A DNA stretch of 64,000 nt, from positions 64,001 through 128,000 of the IMG/VR virus record IMGVR_UViG_3300047564_002270; one strand, written 5' to 3'. Position numbers and translations under genes: made by a program. This document shows, piece after piece, positions 34,986 to 46,700 of the stretch; the stretch's first letter is position 1; each line of letters opens with the position of its first letter. The stretch is from a virus. The notes below the pieces were generated by a model. The model was not told the origin of the DNA. It did no database searches and saw nothing but the letters and a program-made list of their open reading frames with translations.

Positions 34986-37900
34986 ATGGGTCTCAGTCGT
35001 CTGGATAATTTTCTGAAGAGCACTCGTGGAGAAATTCTTTATGTTGATCCATCAAGTATCGACTCTACAGATAGTATAGAAAATAAGGGTAATTCATTAA
35101 CTAGACCCTTTAAAACTATACAAAGAGCATTAATAGAAGCAGCAAGATTTTCATACCAGAAAGGTTTAGATAATGATAGGTTTGGTAAAACGACCATTCT
35201 TCTTTATCCAGGTGAGCACCTTATTGATAATCGTCCAGGGTGGATTCCAGATATTTCCCTCGGACAGAATACTTATCTTTTGAGAAATGGAACTTCAAGT
35301 AATGATTTTACTCAATTTGATGTAAATACCAATTTTAATATTGCATCAGAAAATAATATTCTCTACAAAATGAATAGTGTCCATGGGGGAGTTATTATTC
35401 CTCGCGGAACTTCTATTGTCGGTTATGATCTTCGTAAAACCAAAATTCGTCCTAAGTATGTCCCAAATCCTGACGAAGTTGATGGAGCAAATATTGAAAG
35501 ATCTGCTATTTTTAGAGTAACAGGTGCTTGTTACTTATGGCAATTTACTGTTTTTGATGCAGATCCAAATATTCCTTGTTATATCGATTATACGACAAAC
35601 ACATTTTTCCCAAGATTTTCTCATCATAAACTTACTTGTTTTGAATATGCAGACGGAGTAAATCCAGTAACTATCAATGACGAGTTTATTCAGAACTTTT
35701 CTACAACTCGAACTGACTTAGATATTTACTATGAAAAAGTTGGAATTGCTTATGGGGAAAGTAGTGATAGAGGAATTTCAAACGATTATCCATCATCCTT
35801 ATTAGATATTCAACCAAAGATTGATGAATATTTGATCGTAGGTTCTCGTGGAGATGAAATAGGTATTACAAGTATTCGTGCAGGAAATGGAACAGTATCT
35901 GGTAATACAATTACCGTTGAGTTATCAGAGCCATTTGAAAACATTGATGTTGACTCTCCTATTCAAATTAAAGGAATTGGTCCAGCAGGATATAATGGTC
36001 AACAAGTTGTAAGTAAAGTTATCAGTGATAGCGTAATTCAGTATAAGGTTCAAACTCCTCCAGAAACTCCGAGTATCCCTTCTCCTCCTGGAGCAACTTT
36101 AAGTCTTATTTTAGATACTGTTAATTCTGCCTCTCCATACATTTTCAACTGTTCTCTAAGATCCGTGTATGGTATGTGTGGTCTTCACGCAGATGGAGAC
36201 AAGGCAGGTGGATTTAAGAGTATGGTTGTTGCGCAATTCACCGGAATTGGTCTACAGAAAGATAATAAGGCATTCGTAAAATATAATCCAAATACCGGAG
36301 AATATGATGACGAACTGGCAACTGGAGATCAAAACATTTATGCCAATTCACTAGCACGTCATAAACCATCTTATGAAAGTATTCATATTAAGTGCAGTAA
36401 CAATGCGTTTATTCAGGTAGTTTCCGTATTTGCAATTGGATTTACTCGCCACTTCTTAACAGAGTCTGGTGGAGACCTTTCGATCACAAACTCAAACTCC
36501 AACTTTGGAGCAAACTCATTAACTGCGACTGGATTTAGAAACGAAGCGTTTTTAAGAGATGATGTTGGTTATATTACTCACATCATTCCACCAAAAGAAA
36601 TCGAACCAATTGAAACAAGTTCTGAATTTAATGCGATTGATGTAGCATTGACCATTTCCAGAGGATCTGCGGGAAGCAATAGATTATACTTGTACAATAA
36701 AAAATCTTTAGATGCCCCACCAAATCATATTTTGGATGGATATAGAATTGGAGCAAAGACTGACGATAAACTTTATTTTACAATAAATCAGAGTGGAGTT
36801 ACTTCAACATATTTTGCTAACATTGTTATCCCAGGAACTTCTCAAAGCAAAGAAAAATTATCCTATGTTTCTAGAAGTAATTCTTTAAACAACATTACTG
36901 ACGATATAATTAATTTTTCTTCACCACACTCTTTTTCAACAGGGGAAAAAATTAGAATTATTAGTGAAAATGGTTATTTGCCTGATGGAGTTAAAGAAGA
37001 TCAGATATATTATGCGATAACAAATTCGTTACCCGGTTCTTCATTAACTACATCACAGTTAAAGATTGCAAAATCTTTCAATGATGCCCAAAACAATAAT
37101 TTTATAAGTATCAATAATAGAGGTGGTTCATTAAAGGTAGTAAGTAGAGTTTCTGATAAAAAACCAAACGAAATTGGACATCCTATTCAGTGGGATATCT
37201 CATTGTCGCAGTGGTATATTTCTGTTTCTTCAGATGGAGCAAATAATACGATATATGATGCAATTGTTGCTGCAGGAGTTGCAACTCTTGGTCCAGCAAC
37301 CTCTAGAACTTATATTGAAAGAACAATAGATACTAGATCTTTATCGGATACTCTTTACAAAATTAGATATGTAATCCCATCAAGTTCATCAATTACTTCA
37401 AGACCTCCAAGCGAAGGATTTATTCTTCAAGAGTCTAATAAAACAATTGGAGCAAGTGATGATGAAGTTACAAAATATTTTAGAAATTTAAATAACCCTG
37501 CAACTCTTGGAAATATTAATGAACTAAGAAATTTCAGATTTATTTCTAATGCAACTTGGTCTAATACTAACAAGGATGTTACTATTACTACTGAACTAGA
37601 TCACGGTCTATCTGTAGGTTCCGAAGTTGAAATTAAGAGTATTAAGAGTACAAGAAATGCTACAGGAATTGATAAGATTGGATTTAATGGTTTATTCACA
37701 GTAACCGCAGTTCCCACTAGAAGAACTTTTAAATATGCTTTGATTACAAACCCAGGTAATTTCACTAGTAATACTTCAGCGAGAACTGTCGATCTTCCAA
37801 GATTTTCCCGTAAAAAGTATTCTGGAATTTACTCAATTTACAAATCTGAAGAAATTAAACCTTATATCAAGGGGCAGCAAGATGGAGTATATCACTTAAC

Positions 37901-40631
37901 AATTACAAATTCTTCAAACTCACCTTCAGCATCTCCATTTGATTCTTTTAAATTGAGTCAACCGATTCAAAATCTTTATCCAAGAACAAATAGAGATGAA
38001 CCAGTTTCTGACGCACCTTCTGCTTCTTCTTTTGCAGTTCCGGATCCAGTTGGAAAAGTTGTAGTTGATGATCCAGAAAATAGTATTACTAAAGAAACTA
38101 TTGATAGTTCTTTATTAGATTTCAATCAGTCAATAAAAATTAATAATATAATTTCAATAGACGCTAACACTCATGACATTTATACTTCATCTGATCACGG
38201 TCTAAATCGTTTAATTTCAGCAACTGTTTTAACTCCTGGGTCAAATTATGGAACTGGTTCTGGAGTAACCGAAACTTATTACAATGCCCAATTAATTAGT
38301 AATACTGGTTTTGGAACAGAAGCATCTGCAAAAGTTGTTGTTAGTTCTGCCGGAACAATTTTTTCAGTTGAAATTATGAATCCCGGAACTGGATATTTTG
38401 TTAATGAAGAGTTATCTGTGGTTGGAATTGCTACTACAGGTCTTCATACTCCAGGAACAGTAAGAGTATCTAATGTATATAATAATATTGGCGATAATAT
38501 AAAAATTTCCAATATTAAAGATCCATCTTATAAAAAGTATAATGGACTTTATAAAATTACATTATTAAATAGCTCTTCTAACAGAATTAGAGTTGCATCG
38601 TTAAATCCTATTTCATCCCCTGTTGTTGGATCCGGAATAGGAGCTACAGTATCTCAGCCTTCATTCATAAATCTGACAGGAAAAAGTTTGACGATTACTG
38701 CGGCCAGTTATAATTCTACATCAGGTATTGCAACTTTTGCATCTTCTTCTCCTCATGGATTATTCAAAGGAAATAAAATTTCAATTTCTAGTTCGACAGT
38801 AGAATATAATCAATCATTTATCGTAAATCAAGTTCCTCTTAATAATACATTCTCAGTAAATGTTGGAAAAGGTCTTTCCCCAGCAGGTGTTGGAGGTGCT
38901 GTTTTAAACTATGAGGGGGTATCTTCAAGAGGTGAATTAACTTCTACTGAAGATGAGAATGTTTCCGAAAGAATGATCTTTAATTATGGAAATCTAACAA
39001 CTTATACTTCAGCAACATTAGGACCAGAACTTTCAAGCACTCAAGTTACACTTTCTGATAGATACGATTTGAGAATTGGTGATTTTATACTGATTAACAA
39101 TGAAATTATGAGAGTGAAGACGACTGTAACAAGTAATGTTATACAAGTTGATCGTGCTCTGGTAGGAACATCACCAGAAAATCACGCTTTAGGTTCTTTA
39201 GTAAGAAGAATTAATATTATTCCAATTGAATTCAGAAGAAATTCTATTTTAAGAGCTTCTGGACATACATTTGAATATCTTGGATTTGGTCCAGGAAATT
39301 ATTCGACTGCATTCCCCGAGAGGCAAGATAGGCAGTTAAGTCCTCAAGAAGAATTATTTGCACAGTCTGCTAAATTTGGCGCAGGTGCTGTTATATTCAC
39401 TGGAATGAACAGTGATGGTGATTCCTATACTGGAAATAAAAAGGTCAGTTCTTCAGGAAGGGGTGAAACTTATGATACGCCAATTCCAAGCTTTGTTGGA
39501 GATCCTCCAGAGTCTTCTAATACACTTGGAATTGATTACATAAATCCTGATGTTATCTCTGTAAGTAGATCTATCTCGGTTGATGGTGGAGTTGAAGGAA
39601 ATAACATTTCTAACTTTAATGGACCAGTAATCTTCAATGAAAAAATTACATCCAATTCTCCAGATGGAATTGAAGCAAGTACTCTTTTACTTCAGGGTGA
39701 TGCAAGAATTTCAAGAAGATATACTGTAGGTATATCAACTCCGACTGTTGCTGGCAATCCAGGTGATGTTATTTTTGATGCTGCTCCTAATGTTGGTGGA
39801 TCTATTGGTTGGGTATATACTAACCAAAATAATTGGTCTAGATTTGGTTCAATTAATCTTTCCGAATTTTCATCCATTGGAGTTTTTGATGATTTAACTA
39901 TTAATAATTCCGATTTTAAAGTTTCAACTGGAGTACAGCAATTTACTGTAAGTAATGGATTAGTTGGTATTGGAACTGCGCCAGAAGCTGGAACTGCATT
40001 AAAAGTTAATGGAAAAATTGTTGGGGATGGTTCTGGACTTACAGGTGTTTCTGATATTTGGGTTACCGATGCAGTTGGTATTCATACAAATACTCCTATT
40101 GGAATTAATACCACTAGTGCTAAGTCAGAGTATGCAATGTATGTTGAAGGAACTATGGCAATCAATGGATCCTTACGTGTATTTGAAATCATTGAAAAGG
40201 CAACCATTGATAACAGAACTTTAACAAATACTACTATTCCAGTTTATTTGGCTGATAATAATGTTTATTATTTCGTAAATCCACCCACTGGCGATTGGAC
40301 TTTAAGTTTCTTGGGAGATAGTTCTAAATTAACAACAGAACCTGGATATTTCTTAGCTGGAGATAATGGTTTCTTAAATGTAGGAGAAACAATGACCGTT
40401 GCGATTATAACAAATCAAGGAGCAATTCCATACTATAATCCTACAATTCTTGTTGATAATTCTAATATTAATCCTTATTATTATGGTGGAGAAAAAATAA
40501 CAACAGGAAATCCGAATGGTATTGATGTTTATACATATGTTCTCATAAGAAAAGCGGGATCGGCAGCAGGAGCGATATCCAATCAGATTACTGTTCTATA
40601 TTCTCAGGCACAATACACCCAAATACCTTAA
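34986..40631 (+). CDS. Large virion structural / fibre protein with beta-helix scaffold
   Basis: MGLSRLDNFLK, RPFKTIQRAL, SPYIFNCS and ITNSNSNFG motifs; repeated HGL..G beta domains; CTAAATA upstream at 34950. Confidence 0.8.
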   Translation: MGLSRLDNFLKSTRGEILYVDPSSIDSTDSIENKGNSLTRPFKTIQRALIEAARFSYQKGLDNDRFGKTTILLYPGEHLIDNRPGWIPDISLGQNTYLLRNGTSSNDFTQFDVNTNFNIASENNILYKMNSVHGGVIIPRGTSIVGYDLRKTKIRPKYVPNPDEVDGANIERSAIFRVTGACYLWQFTVFDADPNIPCYIDYTTNTFFPRFSHHKLTCFEYADGVNPVTINDEFIQNFSTTRTDLDIYYEKVGIAYGESSDRGISNDYPSSLLDIQPKIDEYLIVGSRGDEIGITSIRAGNGTVSGNTITVELSEPFENIDVDSPIQIKGIGPAGYNGQQVVSKVISDSVIQYKVQTPPETPSIPSPPGATLSLILDTVNSASPYIFNCSLRSVYGMCGLHADGDKAGGFKSMVVAQFTGIGLQKDNKAFVKYNPNTGEYDDELATGDQNIYANSLARHKPSYESIHIKCSNNAFIQVVSVFAIGFTRHFLTESGGDLSITNSNSNFGANSLTATGFRNEAFLRDDVGYITHIIPPKEIEPIETSSEFNAIDVALTISRGSAGSNRLYLYNKKSLDAPPNHILDGYRIGAKTDDKLYFTINQSGVTSTYFANIVIPGTSQSKEKLSYVSRSNSLNNITDDIINFSSPHSFSTGEKIRIISENGYLPDGVKEDQIYYAITNSLPGSSLTTSQLKIAKSFNDAQNNNFISINNRGGSLKVVSRVSDKKPNEIGHPIQWDISLSQWYISVSSDGANNTIYDAIVAAGVATLGPATSRTYIERTIDTRSLSDTLYKIRYVIPSSSSITSRPPSEGFILQESNKTIGASDDEVTKYFRNLNNPATLGNINELRNFRFISNATWSNTNKDVTITTELDHGLSVGSEVEIKSIKSTRNATGIDKIGFNGLFTVTAVPTRRTFKYALITNPGNFTSNTSARTVDLPRFSRKKYSGIYSIYKSEEIKPYIKGQQDGVYHLTITNSSNSPSASPFDSFKLSQPIQNLYPRTNRDEPVSDAPSASSFAVPDPVGKVVVDDPENSITKETIDSSLLDFNQSIKINNIISIDANTHDIYTSSDHGLNRLISATVLTPGSNYGTGSGVTETYYNAQLISNTGFGTEASAKVVVSSAGTIFSVEIMNPGTGYFVNEELSVVGIATTGLHTPGTVRVSNVYNNIGDNIKISNIKDPSYKKYNGLYKITLLNSSSNRIRVASLNPISSPVVGSGIGATVSQPSFINLTGKSLTITAASYNSTSGIATFASSSPHGLFKGNKISISSSTVEYNQSFIVNQVPLNNTFSVNVGKGLSPAGVGGAVLNYEGVSSRGELTSTEDENVSERMIFNYGNLTTYTSATLGPELSSTQVTLSDRYDLRIGDFILINNEIMRVKTTVTSNVIQVDRALVGTSPENHALGSLVRRINIIPIEFRRNSILRASGHTFEYLGFGPGNYSTAFPERQDRQLSPQEELFAQSAKFGAGAVIFTGMNSDGDSYTGNKKVSSSGRGETYDTPIPSFVGDPPESSNTLGIDYINPDVISVSRSISVDGGVEGNNISNFNGPVIFNEKITSNSPDGIEASTLLLQGDARISRRYTVGISTPTVAGNPGDVIFDAAPNVGGSIGWVYTNQNNWSRFGSINLSEFSSIGVFDDLTINNSDFKVSTGVQQFTVSNGLVGIGTAPEAGTALKVNGKIVGDGSGLTGVSDIWVTDAVGIHTNTPIGINTTSAKSEYAMYVEGTMAINGSLRVFEIIEKATIDNRTLTNTTIPVYLADNNVYYFVNPPTGDWTLSFLGDSSKLTTEPGYFLAGDNGFLNVGETMTVAIITNQGAIPYYNPTILVDNSNINPYYYGGEKITTGNPNGIDVYTYVLIRKAGSAAGAISNQITVLYSQAQYTQIP

Positions 40632-40650
40632 TTATAAGGAGTAATAAAAA

Positions 40651-43600
40651 ATGAGTCCATTACTTGGTTCTACTGGAGGTTCTTCTGAATATGCTTATAG
40701 AGGAACTTTAGACGATTGGCCTAATCCATTTGCAACTGCTCTCAGTGCCCAAAATATTATAGGAACACAAAGCCCAACAATTGCTGCTACTGCCATTTTA
40801 ACTATTACTGGGATTAACTATAAAGCAAGGGTCGTTGTCGAAAACGATAATGCAACTTTATCGATTGATGGTGGAGTTACTTATGTTCCAGCAAGGTCAA
40901 CGGATGCTTCTGTATTTGTCAGAGATAATACTACCATCCAAATTAGACTTCAACCAACTTCAGGAACTCTGAGTGATTTTAACAAATCATATACAATTCC
41001 TGTTAAAATAGGAAAAAGAACAGGGACTTGGGAAGTTTCTACAAGATCAATTGACGAAACTCCGAATAATTTTATTTTTAATGGATTATTAGACCAGCAA
41101 CTTGGAATTACTACAGTAAGTAATATTGTTACTGTTTTGGGATTAGAGGCAGGATTTTCTTTTCCTATTTCTGCTTCTGCAAATCAAACTGGAGAGGGAA
41201 CAACGATTAATATCTATAAAAATGGATCACTAATCGGAGTTTCAGGAACAGTTGCAAATACTGATCAGATATACCTTTCAACACAAACTCCAAATTTATA
41301 TGCAACAACAAGAACATTTACTGTTCAGGTAGGAACTTTCACAACTACTTGGGGTCTTATAACTAGAGATGCTATTACTACAATAGATCCATTTAGTTTC
41401 ACTGGCATTTCTTCCGCAAATCAACTTGGATTTGGATATACAAGTGGATTTATGACAATATCTGGTGCTGATACGGGACCAGCAAATGCAGACCCATTAA
41501 CTTGGCCAGGAGATCCAGCTGCGTTATTAGTGTCAAGAACTGGAACTGGTTCTTTCCAAATTCTGAAATCAGATGGAACTCTAAGATATACTGATCCAGT
41601 AAATCCAAGTGCCCCAACTTATTTTCAAACCTCATCAACCTATGCATTTAATGGTGATAAAATAAATGTTAAGGTGCCTTCTTCCACAAGTTATAGCACA
41701 ACCACTACAACTACATTGAACGTATCGGATAAATCGGCAGCATTTATTGTTACAACAAGACCTGCCCCAATTGATACTATTCCTGCAACATATACATTTT
41801 CAGATCTTACAGATCAAGGAAGAGGTGTAGTAGTCACAAGTGGACCAATTACTTTAAGTGGCATGATTGCCGGATCAAATGGCGTAGCATCTATACCAAG
41901 TTCAACTGCAGGAGTTTCTGCAGAATATAATATAAATGGTAGTCCAACTTGGGTAGCAGGACTCAACCCAGGTCCTGTTAAAAATGGAGATATTATCCGT
42001 GTAAGAATGACAACTCCTGTTGCAAATACTGCGAATGGTGTAACTAATAATACACTAACTTTTAGAGTTAATGGAACAGACACAACAGTAAATAATTCAA
42101 CCCCAATAGATAATCCAGAAGGATATACAACTATAACAGGTTTTCAGGAAGATATTTGGAATGTTAGCACTATTGCAAGAAGTTGTCCAATTACTACCTT
42201 CAGTATAGCAAATATAACCAATTCTCCTTTAAATTCTGACGAAATTATAGACTTCACAGTTGGTGGATATAACACTGATTGTCAAATGAATGTCACTGTC
42301 AATTCAGTATCTTCTGCTTTTAATTTTACTCAATTAAATGGATCAACGATAACTCCAGTTAAGACATTAACAAACGTTACACCAGGATCCACTGTTAGAT
42401 TAACGGTAAGATCTAGCCCTTCTTATATCACAGGCGTAGCATCGACCATTACAGTTTCCAATAGTGCCTCTGGAGTCACTCCATCAGTTGGATTTAATAC
42501 GTCCTTTACTATTACTACGGTTGCTGATACTACTCCTTGGGCATTGTCTCTTACTGCAAGTCCCACAACTATCGAAATAGGATCACCTACTACTTTAACC
42601 TGGTCTTCTACTAATTGCACAAGTATTCGCTCAGTAAGTTGGTCTGCAACTCCACCAACAAGTCTGAGTGGAACTACTGCACAAACACCAGTAACTACTG
42701 GGTCTATTACTTATACAATCACGGCATTTGTAAATCCAGCTTCTTCTACTTATACCACTGGAACTACTGTCGAGGGATCTAATAGGTATGCAACGGCATC
42801 GGTTACAATTACTGTTAATGAAGATTATACTCCTACTTTAAATCCTAATACAACCATATTTTCTTCTCTTACAGGAGTAGAGCCTTCAACTGCAATTCTC
42901 AATCTCCTTTCATCTGGTAATTTAACAGTGTCTGGAATTACTGCTGCTATAACCGGTTCAGTTACAGGTAGCCCTGGAGCAGCTTTTGCTCTTCCAGTAG
43001 CAGGATCTATTACTAACTCAAATATTGCTAATAATACTGTCATTCAATTAAGAGTAAATGCTTCGACCGATTTCCTTACAGCAACTAGCGCATTTATAAA
43101 TTTTACCGACCCTTCAGGAAATTCTGTTGCAACCCAAAGAGAATTTAGAGTGACGACAAGAGAATGTATTCCAGAAGAAAATTCATTTCAATGGCCAGTT
43201 GGTCCAGTTGCTAATAATGTTACACTAACTTATTATACTAATGCGCAATTTACTAATACTTTGGGAACAATAATTTCGGGGGAAACGTTATTAAAAAGTA
43301 GACCTCCTACAGGTCTTGTTGCAGTAGGTGATGCAACAGCATATTATAACTCAATACTTGCAGGATCTGGAAATTTCCAAGGATCTACTGCATCTATTCA
43401 ATGGACGGACTTGGTATCTGCTATTTGGGATGCATTTACTTTAAATGCACAAAGACCTCCTGCGCAATTTGAGATTGAATCTTTATTGCAAAATCTTAAC
43501 CCCAGTAGTTATACTGGAATTGCGGTTGGAGCAACTCCTTGGCAGACTGTCCTTAACTCAGCAGCAACAAGCAATACTACTAGAATTAGAGATACTGCGT

Positions 43601-43668
43601 TTCCAATTCTTAACAGTTGCACTACCAGAGCAGCGACAGTTGGGACTATCAAAACTGGTGCATATTAA
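40651..43668 (+). CDS. Thr/Ser-rich virion protein with Ig-like repeats
   Basis: Repeated D..P..F.F...V.S..IT.SG units; AAGGAG RBS. Confidence 0.7.
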   Translation: MSPLLGSTGGSSEYAYRGTLDDWPNPFATALSAQNIIGTQSPTIAATAILTITGINYKARVVVENDNATLSIDGGVTYVPARSTDASVFVRDNTTIQIRLQPTSGTLSDFNKSYTIPVKIGKRTGTWEVSTRSIDETPNNFIFNGLLDQQLGITTVSNIVTVLGLEAGFSFPISASANQTGEGTTINIYKNGSLIGVSGTVANTDQIYLSTQTPNLYATTRTFTVQVGTFTTTWGLITRDAITTIDPFSFTGISSANQLGFGYTSGFMTISGADTGPANADPLTWPGDPAALLVSRTGTGSFQILKSDGTLRYTDPVNPSAPTYFQTSSTYAFNGDKINVKVPSSTSYSTTTTTTLNVSDKSAAFIVTTRPAPIDTIPATYTFSDLTDQGRGVVVTSGPITLSGMIAGSNGVASIPSSTAGVSAEYNINGSPTWVAGLNPGPVKNGDIIRVRMTTPVANTANGVTNNTLTFRVNGTDTTVNNSTPIDNPEGYTTITGFQEDIWNVSTIARSCPITTFSIANITNSPLNSDEIIDFTVGGYNTDCQMNVTVNSVSSAFNFTQLNGSTITPVKTLTNVTPGSTVRLTVRSSPSYITGVASTITVSNSASGVTPSVGFNTSFTITTVADTTPWALSLTASPTTIEIGSPTTLTWSSTNCTSIRSVSWSATPPTSLSGTTAQTPVTTGSITYTITAFVNPASSTYTTGTTVEGSNRYATASVTITVNEDYTPTLNPNTTIFSSLTGVEPSTAILNLLSSGNLTVSGITAAITGSVTGSPGAAFALPVAGSITNSNIANNTVIQLRVNASTDFLTATSAFINFTDPSGNSVATQREFRVTTRECIPEENSFQWPVGPVANNVTLTYYTNAQFTNTLGTIISGETLLKSRPPTGLVAVGDATAYYNSILAGSGNFQGSTASIQWTDLVSAIWDAFTLNAQRPPAQFEIESLLQNLNPSSYTGIAVGATPWQTVLNSAATSNTTRIRDTAFPILNSCTTRAATVGTIKTGAY

Positions 43669-43671
43669 TTT

Positions 43672-43679
43672 TATAAATA
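43672..43679 (+). promoter_or_regulatory. T4-type late promoter
   Basis: Perfect TATAAATA ending 34 nt before the ATG. Confidence 0.8.
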
Positions 43680-43713
43680 TATAAAAGGGTGGATAGGGAA
43701 ACCCGGGGGAACT

Positions 43714-46700
43714 ATGGCCATAGATAAGAATTTTGTCGTTAAAAATGGTCTTGAAGTAAGTGATAATTTAATCCACGCTGATGCAGTAACCAAAAGAATC
43801 GGTATTGGAACTGATCAGCCAGAATATCTTTTAGACGTTAAGGCAATTCCGAAACCCGGAGAAGTTATAGTCGGAATTGCAACAACGACCGTTGCAATTT
43901 TTAGAGGAGATGTCATAATTCAAGGTACTCTTGATGTTGCCAATGATGAAATTAATTTAGACTATGGAGACATCACAAATATCATCGGTGAAAATTTAAA
44001 TTATGGTATTGGAACTATTAGGAACTTTACTTCCACCAACGCAGGAATTACAACACTAACAGTAACAAATATTAATGCTGGTCCAGGAATTGCTTCCTTA
44101 CCTCTTATAGTAAGTGGTATTGCAACGGTTGATCTTGGAATCGGAAATACATTAAGATATCAGACTGGTTTTATAACTTCAATAATAGGGTCTAATTTAA
44201 ATTATAGTATCGGAACGATTACGAATCTAAGTGGAACTATTTCAACAATTACAACTTCCACTGGCACAGATTTAGAATATACTAATGCTTACATCAGCAA
44301 TCTTTATGCACAAAGTGGAATTGTCACAACATTAAATTCAACTAATGCCACTTTAACTAGTGTATCAGGGGATAACTTAACATATAATACAGGAACCATT
44401 ACTACATTTACTTCAAGTGATGGAACTATTACAAATCTAACAGGAACTGCAGTTACTTATTCTGCAGGAAATTTCACTAATATTGTTGGTGTTTCTGTTA
44501 CTGCTACAGATTTTAGTGGAGAACAAGCGACTATTAATGTTCTTGACGGAGAGCAATTAAACTATGCAATAGGAACTTTTAGAAATTCACTTTACGTCAA
44601 TAGTGCTCTTTATGATGATAATAGACAGTATGGAAATTATGGTCAATATCTAAAATCTTTAGGAGGAACTGGAGGATCTGATGGAGGTCCAGCAGTTCAA
44701 TGGGAATCTTTTGGTGTTCTTAGAAATAGAGAAGTATTTACTGCATCTGCAGGGCAATCTGAATTTGCATTCCAATATGATTTATCAACTTTAGGAGATC
44801 CCCCAGGAATCGGAATCGGAGTAAATCCAGAAGCATTATATCTTGACGTTTATCTAAATGGAGTTAAGTTAATTCAAGGTGATGATTATATTGCAACTTC
44901 TGGAGTCGGAATTACCTTAACTACTCCAGCAGATTTAGGTGATATTATTGAGATGAATGCTCTCATTGATAATGATCTAATTTTGATTGATGGTGCAACA
45001 ATCACAGTCAGTAATTTCGGAGAAAATGCTGGTATAGCATCTTTTATTGATTTTACAGACAATATGTTTGTAATTGGAGCAGGTGGACCTGGTATTGTTA
45101 CTGTTGGTGTTGCTCTGAGTGGAACTTATGTAATTGACGTTGCTGGTATTAGTTCATTTACAGATACTGTTCTAATTAATCAAGTTTCAACTGCTAATAC
45201 ATTTTATGCAGTCAATCTTACTGATTTGACTGGTGGAATAGGAACTTATAAGGATACTTTTGTTGATGCTGATCTAGCAGGTCTTATCTATTACCCATTA
45301 GGACCAAAACTTGGAATTGGCGTTAGTATATTAGAGGATTATAATTTAACAGTAGCAATTGATGCCAAAATTGGTAACATTGCTCTAGAAACAAATACCC
45401 TTACTGGAGAGGCAAAAATTTCTCCAACTCAATCGGTAGTTTCTTTAGGAACAACTGATAGAATTACAATTGGTTCTTCTCTTGCTGTTGAAAATGATAT
45501 AACTGCCGAAGGTTCAGTAACTGCAGAAGAATATTATGGTGATGGTGTAAATCTTGTAGGGATTGTAACTCAGATTGTTGCTGGAATTGGTGTTAATGTT
45601 TTCGGATCTCAACCACAAGGAAAGGGTGTAGTTAAGATTGATGCATATCGTCCAATCGGTAAAACAATTTATGTTTCTCAAACTGGTGATGATAATAATA
45701 CTGGATTGGCAGAGAATTATCCAAAGAGAACAATCAAAGCAGCTGCTGGTGCTGCTCTATTTGGAGATACTATTAAAGTATTCCCTGGAGTTTATGTTGA
45801 AGAAAATCCCATTCTTCTTAAGAAAACAGTCGCAGTTGAGGGAACTGAACTCAGAAACTGCGTTGTTACTCCAAAGTATCCCAACCAAGACTTATTCTTT
45901 GTAAACAATGGTTGCCACCTAACAGACTTGAGTTTCATTGGTCCTCAAATGACCAATGGAGCAGCAATTGTTTCATTCGAACGTTTGCTGGGCGTTTCAA
46001 CTGGTAGATACTTTGATGCTGCGAGATTAATTCGTTTAAATCTTGATTACATTGCTAAAGAGTCCGTAGGTTTCCTTACAAGTGGATTTAGTGGATTTGC
46101 AGGAACTCATAGAGAGCAGGATGCTGGTAGACTACTTGATCTAAATCTCGATTTCATTGCAGAAGAAACTGTTGCTTGGTTATACACTCCTAATGCTGAT
46201 CCATCACAAGGATATCTTGGTTCAGCAGGTCTTGCTTTAACAACAACGGGTCTTACAGGATCTCCCCCTCCAGTCCCAGCAACAGTGAAGCAAAGTTGTA
46301 AGGATGATGTTAAGGACATTATCCGCTCCATTTCGAATGATTTAAAAGCAAATAGCAATAGAAATTCAGTTGGAGCAGGAAAATCTTATTATGATCCTTC
46401 AGGAAACTTACTTCATATTAATGGGCAGGATGGAAATGGTAATAGCATTCGAGCGGCAACAGTTGCTGCAATTAACCATGCGGTAGGAATTGCAACATAT
46501 ATTATCAATAATATTGATTATAAGGCTCAACCTGGAATTGTATCATTTACAAGTACAAATCAAAACTTTAGTTATTCTCCGATCATTGTTCCTGGAGGAT
46601 GTCCAGAAACTATTACCAAAATAAATGGACTACGTGATAATATTGTGAATATTATCAGTGATTATAGCACTCTTGCCGGAATTACCACAATATATGGAGT